A stretch of DNA of 64,000 nt, from the NCBI GenBank assembly GCA_030324005.1, contig JARDVH010000106.1, forward strand, positions 40,954,640 through 41,018,639, in the 5' to 3' direction. The stretch is from Negaprion brevirostris (taxonomy: Eukaryota). The notes under the pieces are model-generated. The model was not told the DNA's origin. It worked only from the letters and a program-made list of their open reading frames with translations, and made no database searches. The position numbers and the translations under genes are program-made. Positions 1-12,587 of the stretch are shown here, one piece after another (position 1 is the first letter of the stretch; the number at the start of each line of letters is the position of its first letter).

Positions 1-469
1 TTTGTATAAAATTTTTGTCTATCACTGCAAGCCTAAAAATCTGAAACCATCTGACTTTAAAAAAAAATATTTTATGGTAGTTGTGGGAATTATAAACAAA
101 CTTTCAACATGAGCTATTGTGTCACTATGAAGATGTTTTCCAAAAGATGCATAATCACAATGACCTTAGGGACAGGAGCCCCTTACAAACTGATATTGGT
201 GATACAGACAATAAATATAAGAAAATGATAGGCAGGCTGAATAATTATTTTGAATCATTAATTACCATACAGGAGGAGATCAGCATGCCAAATGCCCCAA
301 AAAGACTAATATTCAATTAGGGTTAAGGACTCACTGAAAATAACGCACCAAAATAACAGCGTTTAAAAAGTGACAAACCCTCAGGACCAGATGATTGCCA
401 CCCCTAACATTTAAAGGAAATAGATGAGAACATTGCTGTGGAACACTGATGGGGAGAGGGCTGAGTCCT

Positions 470-830
470 GATAATGTTGCTGGACTTGTAATCCAAAGGC
501 CCAGGCAAATCCTCTGTAGATGTGGACTCACATCCCACAAATGACAGTTGGTAGAATTTAAATTCAATCAACATAATCTGGAACTAAAAGCTAGTCTCAG
601 CAATAGTGACCATTGCTGATTGTTGTAAAAACCCATCAAATTCACTAATGTCCTTTAGGACAGTAAATCTCCTGGACCGGCGTACATGTGACTGCAGTCC
701 CAGAGCAATGTGGTTGACTCTTAAATGCTCTCTAAAATCACCTAGTAAGTCACATCAGTCAATCAAAGGATTTGGTCAATTTGTGATGGATAACAAATGC
801 TGGCCACATTTCATAAAAGAATAATAAAAC
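470..830 (+). mobile_element. tRNA-derived shark SINE sharing a 3' tail with a CR1-group LINE
   Basis: ggacttgtaatccaaaggcccagg head, ttcactaatgtcctttagg...gcaatgtggttgactctta core, aaatgctggcc...aataa tail; reverse-complement homolog at 42781..43129. Confidence 0.75.
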
Positions 831-1065
831 AAATCCGATACCTGAACCGCAATCTTCCAAAATTCTCTTGATTTGGGAACCATTTTTTTAAATGTAAAAA
901 TTACAGGTGTGATACCTTGTTTGGAGACTAATAACATGAAAGAACCAAGCCTCCAAAATGACCCCAATGGAAATGCATCAAACAAGATTTCATCAAATCC
1001 GAAATCAACATGTTAATCGATAGTGCAGAAGCTATTTTNNNNNNNNNNNNNNNNNNNNNNNNNNN

Positions 1066-1240
1066 TAAAAATTAGTGCCAGACTTTTCAGGAGTGAAATT
1101 AAGAAACATTTCTACACACAAAGGATGGTAAAAGCTTGATGTGCTTTTCTGATTCCAGATCAATTGTTAATTTTAAATCTGAAGTTGATAGTTTTTTGTT
1201 AACCAAAACTATTAAGGGATATGGAGCAAAGATGGCTTTT
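1066..1240 (+). mobile_element. CR1-like LINE 3' end fragment
   Basis: aggagtgaaattaagaaacatttctacacacaaagg...aagggatatgg, the typical end of CR1 ORF2 (RSEIKKHFYTQR). Confidence 0.6.
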
Positions 1241-1757
1241 TATGAAATTAAGAAGACAACACTTCTTTCAGCACTGCAAGCTAGTTCCTTCCTGAAGGCT
1301 GAACAAAAGGAAGATGAGAAGCATGATTATCTGAAGGAGTAAATAACATATTAAATTTAGCACCCTGAAATTCTTGTAAGAAATCATTTTGCGCAATTCA
1401 CTGATATATTTTCATAAATAAGCTTAGTAGATGATTCCAATTACTGACTTACATGTCTACAAATAGAGGTGAACATTGGTGTGGTGTTGCAGGTTATAGG
1501 GGGAGGCAACTAATACGTTGTGAATAACATTCCGTCTGTTCTAAAATTTTCAATACAATACTTCAAAACTTACATTTCAATACTGGGAAAATATTTCAAC
1601 ATAGTTAACAAAATTTCCATATGGATAGTAGAATTAAGAACTTAAAATATTGACATTATCAATAACATATATTTACACAGCTGAAAACTTATATAAAATT
1701 TTTAAATATATATTTGGATTTGGTATGTAGCTCCCAGAAATCAGTATTATTACCAGA

Positions 1758-2090
1758 TGTTGTCGGTACCCAAAATCTTTGCCGTGCCCAAAGCACTCAG
1801 CTGTTTCTTGATATCATGTGGTGTGAATTGAATTGGTTGAAGTCTGGCATCAGTGATAGTGGAAATCACAGGAGCAGCTTTCGTCTTGTCTTTTACACTC
1901 ACATACTGAACTCCACCATCATTGAAGAAAGGAAGAATCCTCTCTTCCCTTCAGTTGCTTAACTGTTTACTACCAGTTGGTGCTGGATATGGTAGGACTG
2001 CCAAGTTTTAATCTAATCTGTTGCTTGGAGGATTGTTTCGATCTGTCCAATTGTTTTGCATGCATGCACCTCATTCTCACGATGGCGAAT
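1758..2090 (-). mobile_element. Degenerate LINE ORF2 fragment (CR1-group, pre-RT region)
   Basis: Minus strand reads TDARLQPIQFTPHDIKKQLSALGTAKILGTDN, resembling the ...L..LD..KA.GPD. motif. Confidence 0.65.
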
Positions 2091-5000
2091 GCGGCTTTTG
2101 ATATTTCTCATTGAATGACATTAGTCAACCAATTCATCTCCACTGCCACCAGATTCTTTAAAGTTATACAATCTGTCCCATTATCAGGTCCAATTCAATA
2201 AAGTGACAAAGCAGTGCAAACAAATATTAAATAACCTAAAATCCAACACTGACATGAACTTAATATGAATGCCGAGAAAGACCTTCTGAAAAGTCACTGC
2301 ACAGTGGATTATGCCAGCAGCAATTTTGGATTCTTGAGAATACAATAATAATATCCAAAGCAATGATTCACAAGATGAAAAATGCTCAGATGTGTGGTCA
2401 AGTAGCCAACAGTCTAAGCAAAGAAGCCTGACACAGAACCGGACAATTTAAATTATGTAGCAGTCACCAGCCTCTGCAGACGGGTCTGATGGGAATTTGG
2501 ACAGGCCAAGTTTAAACACAAACACAGGCCAGAGTCAAGCATGGGCAAGCCTAGATATGCCCTGGAGACTGGAATTGGAGGTGTTCAGCCCTGACCGAAT
2601 ACGGATAGAATTCGCGTATTCCCCAGTTTCAGCCAATCTCTCTGGCCTCAGATTCCCGCTGTTATCTTATATGGAAAAGGGCTACATGCACCCTGTGCAC
2701 CTGAAGATGATCACCAAGGGAGCCCTGGTATCTTCTATGTATGGAATCGGCAATCCCGTTGGGTGCATTGACTCCTGCCTGGTAATCTTATTAACTGGAT
2801 GTCAGAGAACGTTCCAGAAGGGTGCAAAGAGGGGGAATAAGAAGAAATACCTGAAGGCCACCTCCAGTGAACAGTCGAATTGATCCTGCTGAACACTCAA
2901 CCTAAGCAAAGGCTAGGCGGAGACCCGGTGACAATGGAAGAGGTCACATAACACTAACCTTTCTGAAGAAGACCTTGAGGGCGAGAGCCAACAGAGCTCA
3001 ATGAATTGGACCTAGCAACTGGCTCAAATTCATCGATCTGGATAGTATTAGAAATTTCAGACAGATAACATAGAGCATTAAGTTACTGTGGGAACTGAGA
3101 GTTGTTTTTGTATGGAGTTTGTATAAGGATATGTTCATGAAATTGGGTTATTGGTGAATCAATTCCTATTCTTTGTCAGTCTCATGAGTTAAGAGTACCT
3201 GGATAAATGACTTTTAGAACAAACTGGTCGAAGTGCCGAATTTGCAGACAACATATGCTTAACTATTCACCCCAATGCAATTTTACTGTTTGAAAATGTT
3301 TAAAAATAACAGGTTAGAAACTCGCCATGAATATGGTATCCTGGTTGCCATTGCATGGTAACAGAACATGTATATGTAGCACTTTTATTTAAACTCAACA
3401 AAATAGCTGGAAAACAAAAGCAGAAAACCTTGCTTAAATTCAGACTTTAAAAAAGATAATGATCTTTATGCATTTTACTGCTTCATTATTACAGACTGAA
3501 TATGCCCAGTCCCAGGCAGGCAGGGGGTCAGGAAGCGTGAGCTGAGTTGGGGTAGGGATGTTACCCAGGGGGCAAACTGGAAAAAACATGGTCACTTGCA
3601 CATTCCACAGATACAGGCAGCTAATTAGGATAACTCAGGGGCCATTTTGGGAAGTACCAATAATTTCCTTCCAGCAGACTGAGTCCATCATTCGAATTGA
3701 GGTGACCTCCTAGAAGAATGCTGGAGGTGGGGGGCATGGAAGCAAGATGTTTCATGCCCCAATGACAGAACCCTGTGGAAAAGCCAGAATCTCATCCAAA
3801 ATCAATTCTACAAAGGGGTTTCCCTCCACCCCTATGATTCTACCAGCTTTGGGTCTCTTATTTGCTGACATAGCTTCAGAGAATCAAAAATGCAGCCAAA
3901 TTGAGGCAGCTTCAAGATCTCCTCTCTGCCTTAGCAGCTTCTCCTAGTAGGCAGGTTTGCCACCCCAGCCATGCAGATCCTCTGAATGGGCCCTGAGCCT
4001 CAGGAACTCATTTGCCATCCTTAATGGGATGGCAAACATGGATTTGGAAAATTAAGATACTACTTCCCAGCTGGTTGCATCAGTGAACATACTGACAACA
4101 GCTGTAGATTGCAAAGCCCCAAAGGACCAGACAGTGGGGTCCAGAATACACTGGAACATTCAGTCCCAAAGAACTGAACTGCCAATTTGCATAAAACGAA
4201 GGCAGAACTGTAAACTGTTGCAAAACAATTGCAAAAAAAGTCATGTATCTTCTGTGGCATGTCATAAAAATTTTAGTCAAAATGGAAATGATTCTGCCAA
4301 CTCCACCTGTGCCACTGGCAGCTCTTCAACTGTGGCTATCTATTCTATCCTTTTCCCAAATACTTATTGCCGCCTTTAAATACTTTTCCAATTTCCTGTA
4401 CTATTTGTGGCAACTTAAATTAGAACATTAATGTTCTAATGACTCCACATGTGGAATATTGTCTAACTGCATTCTTTTAATTAAACTTTGTTATTAACTC
4501 CAGGCTCCAGTATCCTCCGTATAATGTGTTGCTCAGATTTTTTGCTGTGGCCCAATCAACAATGTACAAATTCAGAGTATCCTTCCTTTATATTCAATAT
4601 TCCATTGTATAAAACCCAGAATTCTTAGTGTATATTAGCTATTTTTTATTTGAATTCCCATTTTTAAAAGCTCTGAGAGAGTCTGCCTTACTGAGAATCT
4701 TGCCATGTACTTTTCATTCCTTTCTATCAAATCTTCTACTTTTCTTTAAACCAAACTTCATCCGCCTTTTATTGCTTTTGTTTCACACATCCATTTGAGT
4801 CTCATTTAAATGTTGCTTCAAATTGTTCCGATTTAGACTTTGACCACACCAGAAAAGCCAAGCTTCTGTGTCAAATGAGTGATAAGAAATTCACATGACC
4901 TTCTGCAAAAAAACTAGAAATGCTCAATAATGATCTTTGAGAAAGATGGCATTGGAACACCAAACATAAAGCAACAAACGTGATTTTTCTGGACAGCAAA

Positions 5001-5309
5001 AGCAAAGTGATGGTAGTAGTGATGGCCAGAATTCATACATCTGAACTGGATTCAATTATAAAAGATTTTCTGTAATGATCACCAACCAGGAAAGAACCAT
5101 TCCCAATATTTGGACCCTAATTTAACTGCAGAGATAAAGGGATTAAATCTGTGAAATGGATTACAGTGCAACAAAAAGCAATGACCACACAGGAGAGATG
5201 TGCACAGATTAAAGCAGCTCACAACAGGGGACAGGAACAATGGTCCACAGATGCGGGAGTGGTGGGGATGTTGGCATAGGTGCTGTGCCTGAAACCTCTG
5301 GAGGAGGTG

Positions 5310-7153
5310 ACACATGACATGCATAGCCAGATGGGACCAAGTGGATCCCTTGAAGACTATAGGGGGTGTAGGAGTAGGGTTAAGAGAAAGATCAGAAGAG
5401 CAAAAAGAGGACATGAGATTGTTTTGGTCGATGAGGCAAAGGAGGATCCAAAGAGCTTCTACTAATATATAAAGGGCAATAGAGTAATCAGGGAGAGAGA
5501 GAGTAGAACCTCTTAAGAATCAACAAGGTCATCTATGTGCGATCCACAAGAGATGGGTGAGATCCTAAATGAATATTTCTCATCAGTATTCACTCTTGAG
5601 AAAAACATGGATATTATGGAACTTGGGGAAATAAATAGTGATGTCTTGAGGAGTGTACATATAATAGAGAAGGAGGTGCTGGAAGTCTTAAAGCGCAACA
5701 AGGTAGGTAAATCCCTGGGATCTGATGAATCCCATGACAATGTGGGAGGTAGAGAGGGAATTGCCAGTCCCCTAGCTGAGATATCTGAATCAACGGTAAT
5801 CACAGTTGAGGTGCCTGAAGATTTCAGGGTGATAAATGTGCCTTTGTTTAAGAAGGGCTTCAGGGAAAAGACTGGGAACTACAGGCCGGTGAGCCTCAGG
5901 TCTGTAGTGAGTAAGTTGTTAGAAGATACTTTGGGAGATAGGATCTACAGGCATTTAGAGATGCAAGGATTCATTAGGGACAGTCAGCAAGACTTTGAGA
6001 GTGGAAATCATGTCTCACAAATTTGAGTTTTTTGAAGGGGTAACCAAGAAGTAGATGAGGACAGTGCAGTTGATGTTATCCACATGGACTTTAGCAAGGC
6101 CTTTGACAAGTTAGCACATGGTAGGTTGTTGCATAAAGTTAAATCTCACAGGATCCAGGGTGAGGTAGCCAAATGGGTACAAAATTAGCTTGATGACAGA
6201 AGCTAGAGGGTGGTTGTAGAGTGTTGTTTTTCAAACTGGAGGCCAATGACTAACGGTGTGCTTCAANNNNNNNNNNNNNNNNNNNNNNNNNNNNNNNNNN
6301 NNNNNNNNNNNNNNNNNNNNNNNNNNNNNNNNNNNNNNNNNNNNNNNNNNNNNNNNNNNNNNNNNNNNNNNNNNNNNNNNNNNNNNNNNNNTTGATCAAT
6401 TGGGCCAGTGGGCTGACAAATGGCAGATGGAGTTTAATTTAGATAAATGCAAGGTGATGCATTTTGGTCGATTGAACCAGGACAGAATTTTCAGTTAATG
6501 GTAAAACACTGGGGAGAATTATAGAACAAAGAGATCTAGGGGTACAGGTTCATTGCTGTCTGAAAGTGGAGTCATAGATGGACAGAGTGGTGAAGAAGGC
6601 ATTCAGCATGCTTGATTTCATTGGTCAGAGTATTGAACATAGGAGTCAGGATGTCTTGCTGAAGAAGTACAAGACATTGGTAAGGCCTTGGAATACTGTG
6701 TACAGTTCTGGTCACCCTGTTATAGAAAGAATATTATTAAACTAGAAAGCATGCAGAAAAGATTTACTAGGATGCTACTGGGACTTGATGGTTTGATATA
6801 TAAGGAGAGGCTGGACAGACTGACTATTTTCTCTGGAATGTAAGAGGCTTATGGGTGATATTATAGAGGTCTATAAAATAATGAGAGGCATCGATCAGCT
6901 GGATGGTCATTTTTTTTCCCAAAGGTAGGTGAGTCTAAAATTAGAGGGCAAAGATTTATAGTGAGTGGGGAGAAATACAAAAAAGTGTACAATTTTGTCT
7001 TTTAAAAAGCATTTAGACTGTTACATGGGTATAGAGGGATTTGGGCCAAATGCGGGCAATTGGGATGAGTTTAGGGATTAAAAAAAAGGCAGCATGGACA
7101 AGTTGGGCTGAAGGGCCTGTTACCATGCTGTAATCCTCTATGACTCTATGACT
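5310..7153 (+). mobile_element. 5'-truncated CR1 (HER1-like) LINE with disrupted RT ORF2
   Basis: Peptides ILNEYFSSVFT, VPLFKKG.REKTGNYRPVSL.SVVSKLLE, MDFSKAFDK, WADKWQMEFNLDKCKVMHFGR, EYCVQFWSP; ends in a ctctatgactctatgact microsatellite tail. Frameshifts, stops and an N-gap. Confidence 0.93.
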
Positions 7154-8057
7154 GAAGCTGAGAAGGTTAAGTTGGGGAGTGGGGGGAGTGGGCACACAAT
7201 TATAAACGAACAGGAGATTGCTGTGCCACTTCAAGTGCATCCCAATTGACCCAGCTGCACCTCAAGCACAGCCTGCCTGGTGAGGAATGGAGGCACATTC
7301 CCACCAGGAAGGCATCTGGACTTGTTTGTAAAGAAGCTAAGGAAGACAAAATATAGGCAAATCCTACTTCTAACCAGAAAGTGGATAGAATGTCACCTTT
7401 CAGTGGGTACATGGAGAATGCATGAGGAAATTCCCAAGAAGTCAGGTGCACCTGAACTTCTGTCATTGCGAATTCCTGCTCTTAGCATGATAGTCTCCTG
7501 TGCTATTGGTTTGGTTAAGAAATGGGCTTAATCTTGGTTCTTAAAAGACTCTGCAAAATCCCTGATTATCCAGGTTCCTGATTTGCAATCCTGGTGCACT
7601 CTAATCTGTGCTATAATGGGAGTGCAGTGGAAAGGGTGTGGATTTTCAACCATAAGATATCAATTAAAATTGATCAATGTTTTTCCTACACAATTGCCTT
7701 GGACACTGAGAAAACAAATGACCTTCATTAGATGTCCTCACACATACTGAACATCCCCAAGTTGAAACAGAAACCATCACATTGAGCTTTTTGACTACCT
7801 CAATCACCATTGATACCAAGTCAGATATTTGAAGAGCAATTTAAGTTCACTGACCAGTGCATCTTGGAGCTCTACATCCAGAAACCATAAATCTAGTACT
7901 GTCTCGATTGTAGGGTTGATTTAACAGCTACTGACGTAGTGAATACTTTCAACTATTTTCAGGTACTTGTCAATAAACTGCGCACAGCCAATACAGATAC
8001 TGACCATTCAGTGAAAAGGTATGATGAGAATGTGCTTAATAGTCCAATTTACAATTA

Positions 8058-9797
8058 CAGTAAATTGTGATGTTTAAGGTGAATCAATTCTTTTGCAGAC
8101 AAAGATCATGTTTAGGCCTATACTCTACACATAGGTTGACACCTATTTTTTGCTAAGAAATACTGTAGTGCATAATGAGTCGGCAATTTTTCACTTCAGA
8201 GATGCCTGTTTTACTCAGTATAATTCAACACATGGGATCAAGCAAATGATACACGCTGCATTGCCAAGAGAATGCGCAGGAATTTAAGACATAACTACAC
8301 AAAGCAAACCATATGTGGCAAATGTCAAACAGAAATGAGTCTCGGGCAAAAAGAATGAAACCTTAAGTTGATTTCAAGCTAAAGAAGCCAACATTTGCTA
8401 ACTCAAATAACATTTGCTAACTCAAAAACCTGGCATAAGAAGTCAAGAAAGAGGAATCTGTCCTGAAGCAGATGTCTAAGATCAACTGCACCATGGAATA
8501 TGGGACCAGCCACTGACCTGATCATGAGAAGAATGTAACAGAACAGATCCTCGAAAATCATTACGATTGACACCAGAAATGATATTATATATATGCACAT
8601 AAGTGGACAAATCAAACTCCGAGTCCAGCAATGGTTTCAGGGCAAAAACTAATTGGGTGTAGCCACATTGTGGAAGAAAATTATCTATGGTATATCCAGG
8701 CAAAAGACTAAGATTGCTCAAAGACTACTAAACTTGCCAGTTCCCACACAGCATTATGAGACAACTGGCAAAACATAAGTTCCCATTATGTCACATTGGT
8801 AACATGGATGAAACACCCATGAGTTTCAATATGCCCAGCAGCCAAACTATGGAATGATGAACGTTTGCAAACAATTCTATCGTAAACCTCATCATGAGAA
8901 GACAAGATTCATCATTATACTAATCCTCATGGTCACAATTAAAGCTTATGATAATATTCATGGTAAAAACCATGCCAAACAATCAAGTTCTCTGCAGGGG
9001 CTGTTGTGCAAGTTCATATTAATAGATGGATGGATGAAGATGGAATGGAATTGCATGGAATAGACATTCTGATGGCCTTCGTGAATAGCACAGGTTAATT
9101 GTATGACACATGTTTAGATTCCTTATAACCAGTGAGATATAAGCATGTGAATAAATAATACCCAAATTGCAGTTCTATTAGAGGTCTAATGTCTATAGCT
9201 CAACTTCTGGATGCCTGCCTCAACAAGCCACTTGAGGGTCATGTTCATGCTGGTGCGATGGATGATGGAGAAAAAAACTCTTCACAAAGATTGCAATAGC
9301 ATGCTGCTCTGTTTAATGTTCTATAATGTTCCCTCATCAAATAGTGGGATGTTATTAATGCATAAACTATCGGTTTGTAGAAAAATATGGAATATCCAAT
9401 TTAGTGGATAAAAAAGATGGTGGTTTGTTCTTGAGTGATCATTCCGAAACCAAAACACCAAATCTGATCTAGAGTGGGATCCTTATGATGATGCCGCCAT
9501 AGCCAATGTGACCTAAAATGGATTTGATGAACTCTCTCTGTCAGATGCTGACGACAATGACAATTTTTAAAAAATGTTTTGTGGTTAAATATATTTTTGT
9601 AGAATTCGTTTATTCAATAAAACGTGTCATACAGATTTAATCTGAATGATTGACTGTTGTTTTTCCACATTTCAAAATGGCAACCATCTCCACCCAAAAG
9701 CAGCGGTTCACGTTTTATACCTGTCACTGAAGTTCACCCAATTTTGGAAGGATTTTTCAAGGTTTCGAAAGGTCAACTAATACATCACAATCTACTG
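8058..9797 (+). mobile_element. Full-length decayed pogo-superfamily (POGK/Passer-like) DNA transposon
   Basis: TIRs CAGTAAATTGTGATGTTTAAGGTGA and revcomp CAGTAGATTGTGATGTATTAGTTGA (21/25 identical), TA on both sides (8056-57, 9798-99). Transposase remnants RQKTKIAQRL (8698), IGNMDETPMSFNMP (8795), HEKTRFIIIL, WMDEDGM, LDACLNKP (9207). Confidence 0.88.
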
Positions 9798-11894
9798 TAA
9801 ATAAAATGGAATGTACATTGAGAATTGGGTGGTTTGAAGGTTCATGAATGGCAATGTGTACTGTGGTATAAGTCTGAATTACTTTAAACGCATTTCTTTG
9901 CTGCCCTTGGAGATACACAGCTGAAGTAAAGGCACTGCTGCATACAACAGGCTGTGAAAAAGGCTGACATTTCATTAATTTACCCTTGATTTAGGGATAA
10001 TATGTAATGTCCTTCATGAATTGTCTCGGTTTCAGGAATCATTTTCGACTTACATAGGATTTCATTAGGTTGACTGCATAAGTACAAATCATATAGACTT
10101 TGAAGGTGAAACCAAACACAAGGACATGAGAATTAAAAACTGCAGTTCAAAAATGGAATCTGAAAATATTTCCCTTTGCTTTCCAATACAAGTACATTGA
10201 CTCCCAGCAGTTTCTTTATTGTTTGGTAGACAACACAAGAGCTTGATTTTTTGCCACTATATAACAAGATTAAGCAAAGACAAATTTCTTGTTATATAGA
10301 CGACTGTGATATATCTGGATTCATGGTCAGTAGACATTAAATTTGGCAAGGAACAAGTGCAACTCCTCTATGAGGGATGTCCACAAATTATTTTTTCCAG
10401 AAGAGGCTATGTTAAATTCAAAAATGTGCAGGATGCAATTACAATGAGCGAATTGTGTCATTATTTGGCTATACAAATACCTTGTTCTACAATCAGGCAT
10501 GAGCATGCTTCATTATCATTGCTACGTGCTCTGCACAGTTGAGCAGCAGGGTAAAATTTCATGGACTTCACTCTGCGCGTGGAATCCAGCACCATATGTG
10601 AAATATTGGCTTTGATCTGAAAAATTTACAACTGGTAGTATAAAATGGGCAGCTTCAATTTAGCCATTTCATTTTTCTTCACATTTTCACCTCAACAAAA
10701 ATGAAAATTTGAAAATATATATGATAGTGGAAGGGGTGTCCATGAATCAATACTCCTTGTTTCATACCACCGGCCATAAGCAAAATTAGAACCATAATGT
10801 CATTCATCCACCAACCTTTGGCATCAAAGATCACATTTCCCAACTATCTGTCTCTCAGCTCTTATCACTCAGAGTGCCACAGATAAATAGGTTAGGAGCT
10901 ACAAGTAAAGTAGTTGGCACAAAGAGAAAATGTGAAGGTAAGGGAGTATTGTTATTATTATAATGTAAGGAATTATTAGGCGTTACTGATGAATTTTAAT
11001 TTGAAAAGAAAAAAGTATTTGAGCATATAGACTTCAGAATTGATTGCTATGGAAGCCTGCAACTTAATGAATTTGCACAATGGCAATGTTGGTAGAGCAA
11101 GGTCCCTTAAAGGGCAAGAGGATAAATAACCAGACAGATCAGACGTTGTTGCAAACGTTGATTGTAGAGTAATGAATGGTCAAGAACTGGTGGAGCTATT
11201 TACTCCTCTTCGGGAAATGGGATCTTTTCTGTCCAATTCAGACACTAAATAGAGTCTGAGGTTAATGCCTCACTCAAGGAGTTGTATTATGAAGGCAAAG
11301 CACAGAAAACTCAGATGTAGGTATATTTTGATGGAGTTGGATGGAAGGAATGAACATTCAGAGAATTTTTTTTTGATTTCCTATATTTCCCATTTTCTGA
11401 TAACAAGCTGATGGCTTAATTGCCACTCTTGTGCTTCTTGGGAAATGTTCTCCTAATGTGTCTTTCTCCATTATTTTTCAGCTTCAGGAAATAGGATTCT
11501 TTTCTTCCTAACTGGATTATGTCAGACGTAACTACACTGATTCTGGTTGTTTTTGCAGTATTTCACTTTCTGGTTCCACCAGTTTTATTCAGGTGCTTAA
11601 ATAGAGATTTGTGAATGTCACTGGTCTACACTTCCACAGTTCTGTCGTCCCATGGGACTTCATTATCTTTGTTTTCTCTCCCCATCAGTGGACAGAGAAC
11701 TGGAATCCCAAGCATGGATGCAGGGGATATTTCTGATCTCCAATCAACCCATATACTTGGTTTTAAGTCATAAGAACTGACGTGGTATACTGCCATGTGA
11801 TAAAAATGCATCTTCATCTATCCAGTCAGGTGAACAGTGCCCCACACCAGTTGCATATTAATCAAACAGAACATTTGATGCTGATGAAAATGAG

Positions 11895-12587
11895 AGGATT
11901 TTATTTATATAACACCTTGTGGGTGTTCCAGTGCCCCTCACAGCCAATAAATTATGGCAACATGGTGGCACAGTGGTTAGTACTACTGCCTCACAGTAGT
12001 AGGGACTCTGGTTCGATTCCACCCTTGGGTGGCCATCTGTGTGGAGTTTGCACAATTTCCCAGTATCTATCTGAGTTTTCTCCAAGTGCTTCGGTTTCCT
12101 CCCACACTCCAAAGATGTGCAGGTTAGATGGACTGGGCATGGTAAATGTGTGGGGTTATGGGGATAGGGCAAGGGATAAGGTACTTTGTCAGAGAGTCGG
12201 TGCAGACTTGATGGGCCAATGGCCTCCTGCTGCACTGTAGGGATTCTATGATTACATTTTGAGTGTAGTCAATGTTGCTGTGAGCATAGTAAAGTGCCAC
12301 AGACAACAATGTGATGGACAACCAGGAATGTGTACTGCTGGTGTTGGTTATAGGATAAACATTGGTCCAGACACCAGAATAATTTCCTTGCTCATCTTTG
12401 AAAAGTGGATCGGTTACATCCAGTTGAATGTGTAGATGAGATCTTTGTTTAATGCCTTACCCGAAAGGTAAATTAATAATGCTCCTTTCTCTCAGCCCTG
12501 CAATAAAAGGTCAACTTATGTTCAATCTTGGGGTGCAGCTTGAACTCACGAAAGGGGAAAGTGTTCCAACTGAGCCAATGCTGACCA
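11895..12587 (-). mobile_element. DeuSINE (SacSINE1-like), interrupted by a V-SINE
   Basis: Both flanks of the V-SINE align colinearly with the copy at 15148..15610 (atttatataacacctt...; ...gataaacattggtccagacacc...ccaactgagcca). Confidence 0.65.
11956..12253 (+). mobile_element. V-SINE (HE1-like), CR1-type tail
   Basis: tRNA-like A box tggcacagtggttag, B box ggttcgattcc, V-domain ggtttcctcccacactccaaagatgtgc, tail gggccaatggcctcctgctgcactgtagggattctatga. Confidence 0.9.

Noticed and set aside
7200-7500. Possible HARBI1 transposase remnant on the minus strand (LGISS..., VQ....GCT)
   Set aside because: Similarity too weak to support by eye; needs a profile search.
11782-12240. 152-aa ORF and similar ORFs at 16420, 58435, 62161 and 63468
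   Set aside because: Translations of V-SINE sequence (recurring HGGTVVSTAASQ / VAQWLALL peptides), not genes.
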